Positions 12,862 through 23,882 of a DNA stretch of 64,000 bases are shown here, piece after piece; position 1 is the stretch's first letter, and each line of letters opens with the position of its first letter. The notes below the pieces were generated by a model. It searched no databases. It was not told where the DNA came from and saw nothing but the letters and a program-made list of their open reading frames with translations. The position numbers and the translations under genes were made by a program. The DNA is taken from contig NC_068993.1 of assembly GCF_001194135.2 (NCBI RefSeq), positions 39,712,685 to 39,776,684 on the forward strand, in the 5' to 3' direction. This DNA is from Octopus bimaculoides. Its lineage: Eukaryota.

Positions 12862-13114
12862 GTGTGTATATATGTATATATGCATAAATGTGTATATTTA
12901 TGTATATATTTGAATGTATATATCTATAAATATGCATATTTATGCGTATATTATATATATATGTATACACACACACACACACACATACATCTTTGTCAAT
13001 ATCAAGTGCATATATGCAGACAGTGTGATACACACATGCATATACAGACATATACATATACGAATGCACATACACACACATGCATACGCACGCACACACA
13101 CACACACACACACT

Positions 13115-13162
<48 letters not shown>

Positions 13163-13281
13163 NNNNNNNNNNNNNNNNNNNNNNNNNNNNNNNNNNNNNN
13201 NNNNNNNNNNNNNNNNNNNNNNNNNNNNNNNNNNNNNNNNNNNNNNNNNNNNNNNNNNNNNNNNNNNTAGATAGATAGATC

Positions 13282-13317
<36 letters not shown>

Positions 13318-13872
13318 TGCATATGTGTATCGCAGTTCGCATAGGCATATATACATGTAATGTAGTCAAAGTTAAGATAGCAAATATCCATTGATATACT
13401 AAAATATTGGTGGTGTTAATGCAAGTATGTTATATCAGTTTAATTGCTACATATGATGACGTCATTGCAGTATTTCAATACACATAGTTGACGTCATTTC
13501 AACACATTATACCTTAATTATACACTAAAATTAATTGAAGCCCTTAATTGAATACTTAACTTTAACGGCTTGGCAAATATAATGAATTTCATTTGCATTT
13601 GTTTTTGGAATCAATTTATATATCATATGTCACATAGTGATACACACAAGCTCGCACTCCGATGTCACGGTCAACCCTCTTCTTGCAAAAGTTTAATAGA
13701 TATAGTTATGAGCGCATATGTGTATGCATGTGTATATATATGTATATATATGAACATGTATATGTATCTATATATACACGTGTATATATATATATATATA
13801 TGTATGTATATAGATAGATAGATAGATAGATATAGATATGTATCTGTAATATGATATGTGACAATTATTCGG

Positions 13873-13947
13873 TTGCCATAATAAAACTCCGAGTTTCGGA
13901 TGTCGGGGCGGAAATCTGCTCCGGCATCTCGTCAGTTTTCAAGGTAA
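13873..13947 (-). ncRNA. Type I minimal hammerhead ribozyme-like motif in a Penelope-like remnant
   Basis: Minus strand: TTACCTTGAAAA-CTGACGA-GATGCCGGAGCAGATTTCCGCCCCGACATCC-GAAA-CTCGGAGT-T-TTATTATGGCAA. Core CUGANGA and GAAA present, long stem II, near-palindromic stem III (ACTCGGAGT), GUU site, stem I 9/12 paired. Confidence 0.65.
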
Positions 13948-14309
13948 TCAAGGTAATAAAAAAAAAATGTCACATATTATAATACAGACAAATTCCTCTA
14001 TCGAGGTCTTATGCATTCTTTTGTTGTCATACCATTACTCTTAATATNNNNNNNNNNNNNNNNNNNNNNNNNNNNNNNNNNNNNNNNNNNNNNNNNNNNN
14101 NNNNNNNNNNNNNNNNNNNNNNNNNNNNNNNNNNNNNNNNNNNNNNNNNNNNNNNNNNNNNNNNNNNNNNNNNNNNNNNNNNNNNNNNNNNNNNNNNNNN
14201 NNNNNNNNNNNNNNNNNNNNNNNNNNNNNNNNNNNNNNNNNNNNNNNNNNNNNNNNNNNNNNNNNNNNNNNNNNNNNNNNNNNNNNNNNNNNNNNNNNNN
14301 NNNNNNNNN

Positions 14310-14357
<48 letters not shown>

Positions 14358-14443
14358 TACATACATACATACATACATACATACATACATACATAAATAC
14401 ATATATACATCATAAATACATACATAGATGCATGTATATATAC

Positions 14444-14985
14444 AATAGACCTGGCATAATGATCTGGGATAGAGAAGAGAGATTGTGTACAGCTGTGGAA
14501 ATCAACTGCTCAACAGATGGTAACATAAAGCTAACGATCAGCGAAAAACAAATTACCTACGCTGAACTATCAAGAAATTTGCAGTTACTCTATCCAGACT
14601 ACAAGTTCATGCTTATACCTGTAATTATTGGGCACTGGGCTATGTAACACACTTCCTAAATACCAATCTTGAGAAATTAGGCTTCTTAAAAGCAGAAAGA
14701 AGAAAGCTGATTTGAAGACCACAGATTCATTCCATCACTGGAACTGTAAAAATCTATATAACTTTTTAGAAGTTTATCGTTTAAGTATATATGAGAATGT
14801 TTAGATATGCAAGTATATGCATATGAATACATACATTAAAACGAAACATACAAGGCTGTACATATATATACGTACAAAAATGCTCTGTTGATGTTGTTGA
14901 AATTCCAGTGAAGAAGCCTTGGATCTAGGTTAGAAAGCGGGTCTTTTCTCTATTGGCAAGAAATTTTGAAATAAAACTGAATAAT
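14444..14985 (+). pseudogene. RLE-type non-LTR retrotransposon (R4/Dong-like), 3' fragment with 3' UTR
   Basis: Translation NRPGIMIWDREERLCTAVEINC..DGNIKLTISEKQITYAELSRNLQLLYPDYKFMLIPVIIG/(fs)GYVTHFLNTNLEKLGF..TGTVKI gives a decayed PD-(D/E)xK restriction-like endonuclease C-terminus. Confidence 0.85.
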
Positions 14986-15100
14986 GGCATATATATATAT
15001 ATATANNNNNNNNNNNNNNNNNNNNNNNNNNNNNNNNNNNNNNNNNNNNNNNNNNNNNNNNNNNNNNNNNNNNNNNNNNNNNNNNNNNNNNNNNTATATA

Positions 15101-15315
15101 CGAGGGGTGCTGAAAAGTTCCTAGTTTTAACGGTTTCATGAAAGGCCTGGTTGGAGGCCCAAACTTCCGCTTTCTCTTACAGGGCTTAGATAAACTGAAA
15201 GATAGCTGCAATAAGTGTTTGATTCTGACAGGGGAATATGTTTAATAAAATAATAATTAACTGATTTTCCTGTATTTTCTTTTATCCAAGGCCAGGAACT
15301 TTTCAGCACTCACAG
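15101..15315 (+). mobile_element. Mariner-derived MITE (internally deleted)
   Basis: TA flanks on both sides; TIRs CGAGGGGTGCTGAAAAGTTCCTAG and CCAGGAACTTTTCAGCACTCACAG (19/24). Internal QGLDKLKDSCNKCLILTGEYV* resembles the mariner transposase C-terminus. Confidence 0.85.
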
Positions 15316-15799
15316 TATATCTCTCTTAAAAATACGTCGATATTTATAGCTAAACGTACGCATCTCATTATCGTATATATATACATACACGTGTGTGTGT
15401 GTTTGCGTGTGAGTATACAGGCATTTGAGCCTACGAAGAGGAAGTAAAGAACTCAGTATAAGACTTGTAGGCAAATTATTTAATATATTACTGTGATTCG
15501 TTAAGCTGGGCAATAACATACTAATTTCTGAAGTACAGTTTGTGTATGTAAATTATAATTTTCTTTATATGAATTTTCCTTGATTTCAAAGCCTATAAAA
15601 AGAATAACTGCTAAACTGTATACATAATATTATTCTCCAATTCATATATTTTGAGATATAGGCGCAAGATGCAAGTTATACTCGAAATGCTGTATGTAAA
15701 AGAAAGGAGCTAAAGAAAGAGAAAGGTTAAAATGGTGTAGTATTAGAAAACGTTGAAAGGCATTATGTTGGAGAGCTCTCTCACTGGAGTTTGCATGAT

Positions 15800-16510
15800 A
15801 ATAATGAATACATATCGAATTTAAAAAAGTGTTGCACATTTTTACTGTACCGCTTAGAAATTGTATCTGTAAAGTTTGTGTTAGCGGTCTGTTTCTTTGC
15901 TTGAAAATCCTAGTTTCTCCAGATTGTGGCTCGGGCTTTTTCTAACATAATCAAGTGTACTAATAATTAATGGTATGAATGTTAATTTGGAGTCATAGTG
16001 GAGAGATTAGAGATTTCGAGACAGATGTCCATAGATATTGGCCTTCTCGCAGATTTTAAAGAAAATGTTCGTATTTGTGAGACAACTAGACTTTTCGGTC
16101 CCTATTATCTATGGTCTGTTATATTATTAGGTCTGTTATATTTGCACTCATAGATATTTTGACAGGAATATCCCACCAATATTCCTTGTGCTGTTATGCA
16201 TGTATTCCATAGCAGGTGTTAACATTTATCTCCGGGAAGTCTTTTCTGAGGATGGCATTGTATATCTTTTTAGCAAGAACATTATGTCACAGTAGGAGGT
16301 AGTACCTTGAAGACATTTTTGGATAGCTGCTGAATACATGTGTTATGTCATCTTCAGAATTGTGGCATTATCGAAACTTGCAGTTGCATCTTAGAATTTT
16401 AATGGCTTCGCTGTCTCTTTTCTTTACGTGATATTTTCTAGCTCATAGATTCCGAAAACATAGCCTTCAACTGATGACTTGATGGAGCGGTCGTGAGTGA
16501 AGGAAAAGCT
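15800..16510 (-). pseudogene. RLE-type non-LTR retrotransposon fragment, related to 14444-14985
   Basis: Minus strand: SVEGYVFGI..., CKFR*CHNSEDDITHVFSSYPKMSSRYYLLL*HNVLAKKIYNAI (decayed CCHC knuckle), EYWWDIPVK, KYNRPN, IYGHLSRNL, FIPLII, SGTVKMCNTFL. Confidence 0.85.
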
Positions 16511-17689
16511 ACACTTCACGTTAATCTTGTTATTTTTATCTAGATTACGGGAAACATACGCAAGCGTAGTCTTTTCCTCTTATATAGTAAGAGCCTAGCA
16601 CTTCAGAGTGTGTATGTATGTATGTATGTATGTATGTATGTATGCGCGTGGTCTCTCATTAGAAAAAAATGACAGTGATTCACTAAAAGGGAAAGTACAA
16701 TCGTTAAAGCATTTTAAGTTTTATCAATCGTTAAAGCATCATTTGAAGCTAAATATTTTTTAAGTTAGTAGATTATTTTATTTGTTAAATGCATTGATTT
16801 CGTAAATTATCAGCATATTTAGCATGAAATCGATTTAAGAATTTGATGGCATAAAGCTCATACGGCATTTTGAATCTAGCGGATACATTTGATATTTTGC
16901 GCAATCACAGAGACTAGTTTCTCTATTGCTATTATTACTTGCGACGTTGGCTTCACTAGAGATCTTTCCTGAATTATTTCCCCTATTTTCTGAGTTATTT
17001 ACGATACCCCTAATGATGTCAGTTTAGATACTGCACTTTCTGACAGTTCTGTCAACTCTTTCTCTGTTGGCGAGGTACTTTTCCATGGTTGGTTCCCGTT
17101 GATTGTCAGTTCTATTATTATCGCTCTTCTGACGCCTAGTACGATTAATTATGGTTTCGTCGCTTATGTTAATATCGGACAATTTAAAGGAATATATTAC
17201 TCAATACACAATACTAATAAATGAGCAACCAGAACCCCCAAGAGATGAACCAAACCTAACTAAATACTTCTATGTAGACAATGTGCGAATTCAACAGGTA
17301 GCATACAGAACAATTAGGAAACACTGCAAAAAAGAAAAACAGGCTTGACCTAATTTTAAGATCATGCTCCACCTACAGCTACTGCTGGAGTGAGCTATAG
17401 GTCAGGTTCCTATAAACAGCAACATCGCTATCTTCTACTGAACACTGAACAACAAACACTTACTTCATCTAAAGTACAGAAACTTGTAAAACTACACTGA
17501 CAATATAGCAAGGTTTGCATTTGCAGTATGCAGTCGCTGCAGTGGAAACACGTGTAGGTTATGGTAATATACTGTAAATAACTGTAAAATAAATTTTCGA
17601 TGTTTCTCCATATTATAAATGTTATTTTACACGCTACAGAACGTTTGCAGTTCTGAGTAGGATATTTACTAATATCTAACAACTTATTG

Positions 17690-17965
17690 TAAACAAGGGT
17701 ATCAAATTCGGACCATACTGTTAGCAGACATCTGGAAGCGAACTGCCAGCAAACACGGTATCCGCCTGGATAATACAGCCTTGCAAACTCACAATATATT
17801 AGGGATATGTACTTGCATAGGAAGTGACTTCATCTGAGATCGAGTGTTGAAACAAAAACAATTGCAGCGTGGAAGATATTTGTAAGTCACTGAAGATCAC
17901 ACAAAAACCGTTAGTTTCACTTCAACATTTAATTTTCGTTTATCAAAATGTTTTCGTCGCTTATA
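17690..17965. mobile_element. Unclassified interspersed repeat, possibly a Penelope-like terminus
   Basis: CTGGATAATACAGCCTTG...GGAAGTGACTTCATCTGAGATCG...AAACAATTGCAGCGTGGAAG resembles an abundant octopus repeat from memory; there is no second copy in the window. Confidence 0.35.
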
Positions 17966-18314
17966 TNNNNNNNNNNATGTATGTATGTATTCACACTTAC
18001 ACACACACACACACGTACATACACACATATGCACAGAAACATGTTCAGATAAACAAACGCACGCGCGTGCTACTGAGTGTTAATCAGTTCCACATTTAAT
18101 TTCATCTGGGTTCACAGCAACAAATGTCAGGTTCAGAACATAAGGAACAAAAAAAAAAAAAAGAAATGAAATACAATACACAACTACTGAACNNNNNNNN
18201 NNACAAATGTCAGGTTCAGAACATAAGGAACAAAAAAAAAAAAAAGAAATGAAATACAATACACAACTACTGAACTCCCAATGATCTGCGTCATTACCAC
18301 CTACCAGACCCATT

Positions 18315-18334
18315 ACAGCTACTACTACAACAAA

Positions 18335-18389
<55 letters not shown>

Positions 18390-18425
18390 GCTACTACAAT
18401 TACTACTAGTACTACTAGTAACAGT
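18315..18425. repeat. (CTA)n microsatellite
   Basis: Direct reading. Confidence 0.96.
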
Positions 18426-18429
18426 AGTA

Positions 18430-18669
18430 GGAATGCGAGAGGGTAATGTAAAAGGGATACCAGTGGGGATCAGAGCGTTGGGCTCAATCCCATTGAAACT
18501 TCAAGCCTTCTTAAGGCAACTGGAAATCCCATGCAAGATTGATGTCTTGCAAAAAGCAATCTTCTTAAGCGCACATCTTAAGGAAAGTATTATCTGTCTG
18601 AGATCTTTCTTGTTACTTGACAGATGACTAAAGACTCCGGTGCATTTTTACCTACACCGTGTTACGAAG

Positions 18670-18670
<1 letters not shown>
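18430..18670 (+). pseudogene. R4/Dong-clade LINE 3' end with (AAT)n tail
   Basis: NVKGIPVGIRALGSIPLKLQAFLRQLEIPCKIDVLQKAIFL/(fs)AHILRKVLSV*-like, matching the R4 pattern PVVIGALG.IP...L..L.I....LQK..LLGTA.ILRKVL; followed directly by (AAT)n. Confidence 0.8.
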
Positions 18671-18739
<69 letters not shown>

Positions 18740-18740
18740 T
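18671..18740. repeat. (AAT)n microsatellite
   Basis: Direct reading. Confidence 0.97.
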
Positions 18741-18744
18741 ATAA

Positions 18745-18910
18745 ATTTCGCCATAAGGGCAACACGTTTGGGGGAAGGGGATGTGTCGATTACATCGATC
18801 CCAGCGTTCAACTGCTATTTGCTTTATCGATCCCGAAATGATGAAAGGTAAGTTCGACCTCGGCGGAATTTAAACTCAGAACGTATGCTGCCAAGTATTT
18901 CGTCCAAATA
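18745..18910 (-). mobile_element. SINE family A
   Basis: TTTATCGATCCCGAAATGATGAAAGGTAAGTTCGACCTCGGCGGAATTTAAACTCAGAACGTA. Confidence 0.85.
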
Positions 18911-18954
18911 ATGATATTAATCATAATAATAGTTCTAAGAATAGTAGTAACAGT

Positions 18955-19040
18955 ATTGTTATCATCATTATCATTATTATTATTATTATTATCATTATTA
19001 TTATTATTATTATTATTATTGTTAGTAGTAGTAGTAGTAT

Positions 19041-19112
<72 letters not shown>
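18955..19112. repeat. Compound (ATT)n-(AGT)n-(AAT)n microsatellite
   Basis: Direct reading. Confidence 0.96.
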
Positions 19113-19114
<2 letters not shown>

Positions 19115-20008
19115 GCCATCATTTTTATGATTTGTTATTTCGATCACCTTTCCATGTCCCGCCTCGGAAACAGACGGTCTAACTGGGGGCATATTTTAAT
19201 CACAAACAAACGGCATCACGTAAGATAATTTTTTTTTGTATACTCCCCACTAACAAGTACATGAGAGCCGAGAGTTCGGGAACATATTTTTATAAAGTCC
19301 TTGATTGACTTCATGAACTGGCAACCCGACAGATGAAGGAAAATATATGTTATCCTAATAAACTAGCCTCCTGTTCATTTCTGGCACCGTTTGGTATGCC
19401 ACTAATGATGCAAAATCTACACCCATTGACCGGAACTTTGTATTTCTATCAATGGGGGCTTCTGCCCCAATCTGTGTTCTAGCTGATTCCTAAAAATACG
19501 TTTTACGAAATTTCCCTGCAGGTGGATAAGGAATAAGTCTGCTGATTCGGGGTCAAAAACTAGGCCGTGGAAAAAATTTTACACACATACATACACACAC
19601 ATAGACAAGCGCCTATANNNNNNNNNNNNNNNNNNNNNNNNNNNNNNNNNNNNNNNNNNNNNNNNNNNNNNNNNNNNNNNNNNNNNNNNNNNNNNNNNNN
19701 NNNNNNNNNNNNNNNNNNNNNNNNNNNNNNNNNNNNNNNNNNNNNNNNNNNNNNNNNNNNNNNNNNNNNNNNNNNNNNNNNNNNNNNNNNNNNNNNNNNN
19801 NNNNNNNNNNNNNNNNNNNNNNNNNNNNNNNNNNNNNNNNNNNNNNNNNNNNNNNNNNNNNNNNNNNNNNNNNNNNNNNNNNNNNNNNNNNNNNNNNNNN
19901 NNNNNNNNNNNNNNNNNNNNNNNNNNNNNNNNNNNNNNNNNNNNNNNNNNNNNNNNNNNNNNNNNNNNNNNNNNNNNNNNNNNNNNNNNNNNNNNNNNNN
20001 NNNNNNNN

Positions 20009-20037
<29 letters not shown>

Positions 20038-20039
<2 letters not shown>

Positions 20040-20112
20040 GAGAATTTACGATAATAAACAACAGACGAGAACAGTTATCGTATAATAAAAAATGCAGATC
20101 GAAGTATTTTGA
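20038..20112. mobile_element. Short fragment of the Penelope-like terminal repeat seen at 31611
   Basis: TGGGAGAATTTACGATAATAAACAACAGACGAGAACAG is homologous to TGGGAGAATATACAAAAAATAACAACAGACGAGGACAG (31611); both follow (TA)n. Confidence 0.6.
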
Positions 20113-21104
20113 TATTATTTATTTTTCATTACACGTGTTTCATTTTTCTCTGCCTGACGATTTTCAAACAAGAAATTCCTTACATATCTATCTAACATGT
20201 AAATCTTTGTAATTCCTATTAGCAAATGAAACACGTGCAATGGATAATTAATAATATCACACGCACACACACGGACGCACACGTGCACACAAGTATGCCT
20301 ACATTGTTTGAAGTAGTGTACAACTTTATATATGAAGAAAAGCACGGCAGTCGGTATTTGGCATAAAACTATTTATTATAATTGTTAATCTTATCTTCAA
20401 AGAAAACGTGATGACTCTTTCTAACTGAATCAGCTAAGTCAGTGATTCCGTTCTGATTATTCTGAATTGTAATTATTTCAGTTCAATGATTATTGATGCA
20501 TTTGGGAACAATGATGTTATCACAACCTCTCTTCATCAAACACCAAAATAATTTATATTTCTTGTATTCTCGAAAGATTTGCAATTCTTCTTCTGAAAAC
20601 AGAAAGTATTATCAAAATTGGTAAGAAAAAAGGCCAATGAAAATGAAGGAAACAAGACAGACCAAGATAAATGTCAAAATTTACAAAGACAGAATTGTAT
20701 CACAATTAAGATAAAAATATATCCTGTAATAATAGGAATTCTAGTAGAATAGTAAAATTAAGATTAATTAACAGGGAACGATAAACAGGTAGATAAACAG
20801 AATGCTATATAGAGCGTTGCGTTACTCTAACTTTCCAAATACGGTATTAAGTACTAATTTAACTATTGGCGACACGTTTTTCATTCTCTTGCATTACACC
20901 CAAGTGTTTCCCATATAACTACACACACGCGCAAGCACACACGCACACAGACATACACACATCACACGTACATACAAATGTATATGTGTATATTTACATA
21001 TATATGTATATGTGTGTGTGTGTACATACATATACACACACACTCAAACTTGTATGCATATGTGTGTGCGCGTGCACCCACACATGCATACACACACACA
21101 CACG

Positions 21105-21136
<32 letters not shown>

Positions 21137-21246
21137 CAAATATATATAAATATTTCGTAGTTGCAGTGGAATATTAGCTCCCACACACATGCTAGCTCAT
21201 ACACAACTTAACCAAATGAATACATTATTTCAACTTTAACAATATA

Positions 21247-21281
<35 letters not shown>

Positions 21282-22529
21282 CACACACACACACAAGCAC
21301 CCATCATTTACAAAATATATATTAATTAAAATGTAAATGTATTATTGCCTTTATAAACATAAAACTGTTGCTGTATCACATTACTTAAACATATACACTT
21401 GAGTTGAACTTTTTTGGCAAAGGATTAATTCAGAGATCATGTGGTAGGACTAAAATAATTAAAAACACACATTCTCTGTTATAGTCATTCCTACGGTGAT
21501 ATTATATATTGTAATATTAATATATATTATTAGATATCATAATCATTCGTCTGTGGGTAGTGACCTCTGTCACTGCCTTATCACGTGACGATCCTTCCTG
21601 ACACGAATCTAGGATTCAGTTGGCTCCGGGTAACAGTACTTGGTATGGGCTCATGTCTACAGTTACTTATTTCCAGCTGGAGACAGCCTTTTTTGCCTTG
21701 TGGGACAAAGTTTTATGTGGGACAAATTCAGGTGGGAGCCTCATTGCTTACAAGGCTGGATTTCATTCGGATTTTTAATTTGTTTAGACTGAAATTACAA
21801 GGATTCTGGTCCATCTTGCTAAGGGATTCAATGTGCTGCAGTAGTCGAGAATCGCAGCAAGGACTAGAAGTAGTGAGTCAAATACCGCAACCCCTAACTC
21901 GAAGTGGTACCAATTATACAGCAGCTGTATATTTATTTTGACCACACTATGAGACTAAGTGGAGGATTCTGATATCCAAGCTGAGTGTCTTGGAGATATC
22001 ATCTCAATTCCATTGTAAAAAGCAGCGCTTACAGCACGATAAGTGGTCATCCTTCGCATTTGAGGCTACAGCGCAAATACTGATTGATGCTAAAAGATTG
22101 GAAGATTAAAATGACTTTTGTCGCGCATCTATAACGCGGGTGTTGATACAACAGGCAAGAAGAAGTGGGTAGATATCTTCCCTAACATTTAATCGATACG
22201 CTTGTATCATAAAAGACGTGTCTACACGGTCGCACAGCCTATACAAAATAAAAAGTCAGCAGTAAAATGTTTCTGAAAGGACTGTGTGTTGAGCTAAAAA
22301 CAGTAAAAGCTATATTGAATAACGTTGTCTGAAAGAAAATATGTCAAAAAAAAAAAAAGAAACGAAACAATAGAAGGATTGTGAGACAGAGAATGCCATT
22401 GATCAAATATACTTGATCAGGGATGGCATGAAGAACTATAAAAATATAGATATTTTCCCTTCACAAATATAGATATCTGTGAAGGGAATTTTATAGTAAT
22501 GTATTTTATTACAATGGATTATTAGAATT

Positions 22530-22960
22530 TGATGGAATGTCAGTGCACAGTGCCTCGCGGTATTTTTTCTGGTTCTTACATTCTGAGTTCAATCTCAGCC
22601 GCAATCGAATTTGCCTTTCATTCCTCCAGGATCGAGAATAATAAATTAGCACTCAAACAGTTGTGATGTAATGGTGGTGGGTAGTGGAGGGTGATGGTGT
22701 CAATTAACATCCTCCACTGGTCTTGTTCTTAAATCAGAAACCACTAATAGTGAATAATTCTTTCTAATTTTAGCGCAAAGCCAGTAATTTTGAAGGAGAA
22801 AGTGAAGTCGTGCTCAGCGGGTATTGATTTTATTGATTCTGAAAGAATGAAAGGCAAAGTAAACCTCTGAAATATTTGTACTGAGAAAGTAAGGATCCGG
22901 AACAAACAGTACAAACCATTCTGTCCGACGAGGCAACGATTCTGCTCGCTCAGCGCCTAC
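22530..22960. mobile_element. Degenerate SINE family A copies, plus strand then minus strand
   Basis: TTCTGAGTTCAATCTCAGCC..TTTGCCTTTCATTCC on plus; TTTTATTGATTCTGAAAGAATGAAAGGCAAAG..AACGATTCTGC on minus. Confidence 0.7.
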
Positions 22961-23189
22961 ATTAATCCAAAGTAATAACAGCGAATGTGAAAATAACTTT
23001 GTATATTTGTATATAATGGATAATATATATGTATATAATACAAAATAACTTTGCATATATGTAATGGATGCGGAGATTCGAACAACATCAGCAATTGTTC
23101 GAAGACTAATGCTATGGTAATACAAAATTATATTCTACTTCCAAAGATGCACATACATATACACTCTTTGGCTCATATACACCCGTGTT

Positions 23190-23191
<2 letters not shown>

Positions 23192-23271
<80 letters not shown>

Positions 23272-23286
23272 ATCTATCTATCTATC
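23192..23286. repeat. (TATC)n microsatellite
   Basis: Direct reading. Confidence 0.97.
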
Positions 23287-23295
23287 AACATTGGA

Positions 23296-23882
23296 CTACC
23301 CGTGACCCATAGGGTCACCGGGGAACTCTGAGTTTCCCAGCAACGGAGTTTTGTTTCGTGGATTTTTTCTTTTCCATGTTATTTCGCATTCTTTCAACGA
23401 ATGTGACGTCGAAATCACGCGTAAATGGTTCCTTTCCTCAGAAAAGGAAAGGTTTAGCTACTATTTCTTGCACGCCCTGCTACCACGTAACAGGTATTTC
23501 GGGTCCTTTATCACAAATAGCTGTTACGTGGTAGCAGGGCGTGCTAGAAATAGCAGCCAGGCTACGAACGGGTTTTTTATGAAATATTTACCGTATTTTT
23601 AGTCATTTTCACTATAAAATATTTAAAAATATGCTATAAATATTTTTTTTAATGGTATTCACTTCAAAATAATATTTTAAAATGTTAAAATATTGTCTGT
23701 TTAAAGAAGACTAAAATGTAAACACTAACTGTAAAAAACAGCTTACATTTTCGAAATCACATTCACTTAAAAAATATTTCTAGTTGATTAAAATATTGTG
23801 TTTAACAAAAGCAAAAATAGAAACATTTACTGTAAAACATTCGTATTTTTTCATTGTCAAGTCACTGTGTCTAATAGAAAGA
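23296..23882 (-). mobile_element. Probable non-autonomous Helitron
   Basis: Minus strand begins A|TCTTTCTATTAG and ends with a GC-rich hairpin CCCGGTGACCCTATGGGTCACGGG followed by TAG|T; there are no TIRs and no TSD. Confidence 0.5.

Noticed and set aside
14900-14955. Hammerhead-like GTGAAGA-stem-AGAAA in the LINE 3' UTR
   Set aside because: C3 is missing, there is an extra base before GAAA, and I find no stem I or stem III.
18120-18275. 72-bp direct repeat around a 10-N gap
   Set aside because: Near-identical sequence on both sides of a 10-N placeholder is an unmerged contig overlap, so an assembly artefact.
20690-20840. Possible fourth R4-like LINE remnant (KIYPVIIGIL...)
   Set aside because: Only one short motif is recognisable; too decayed to support a call.
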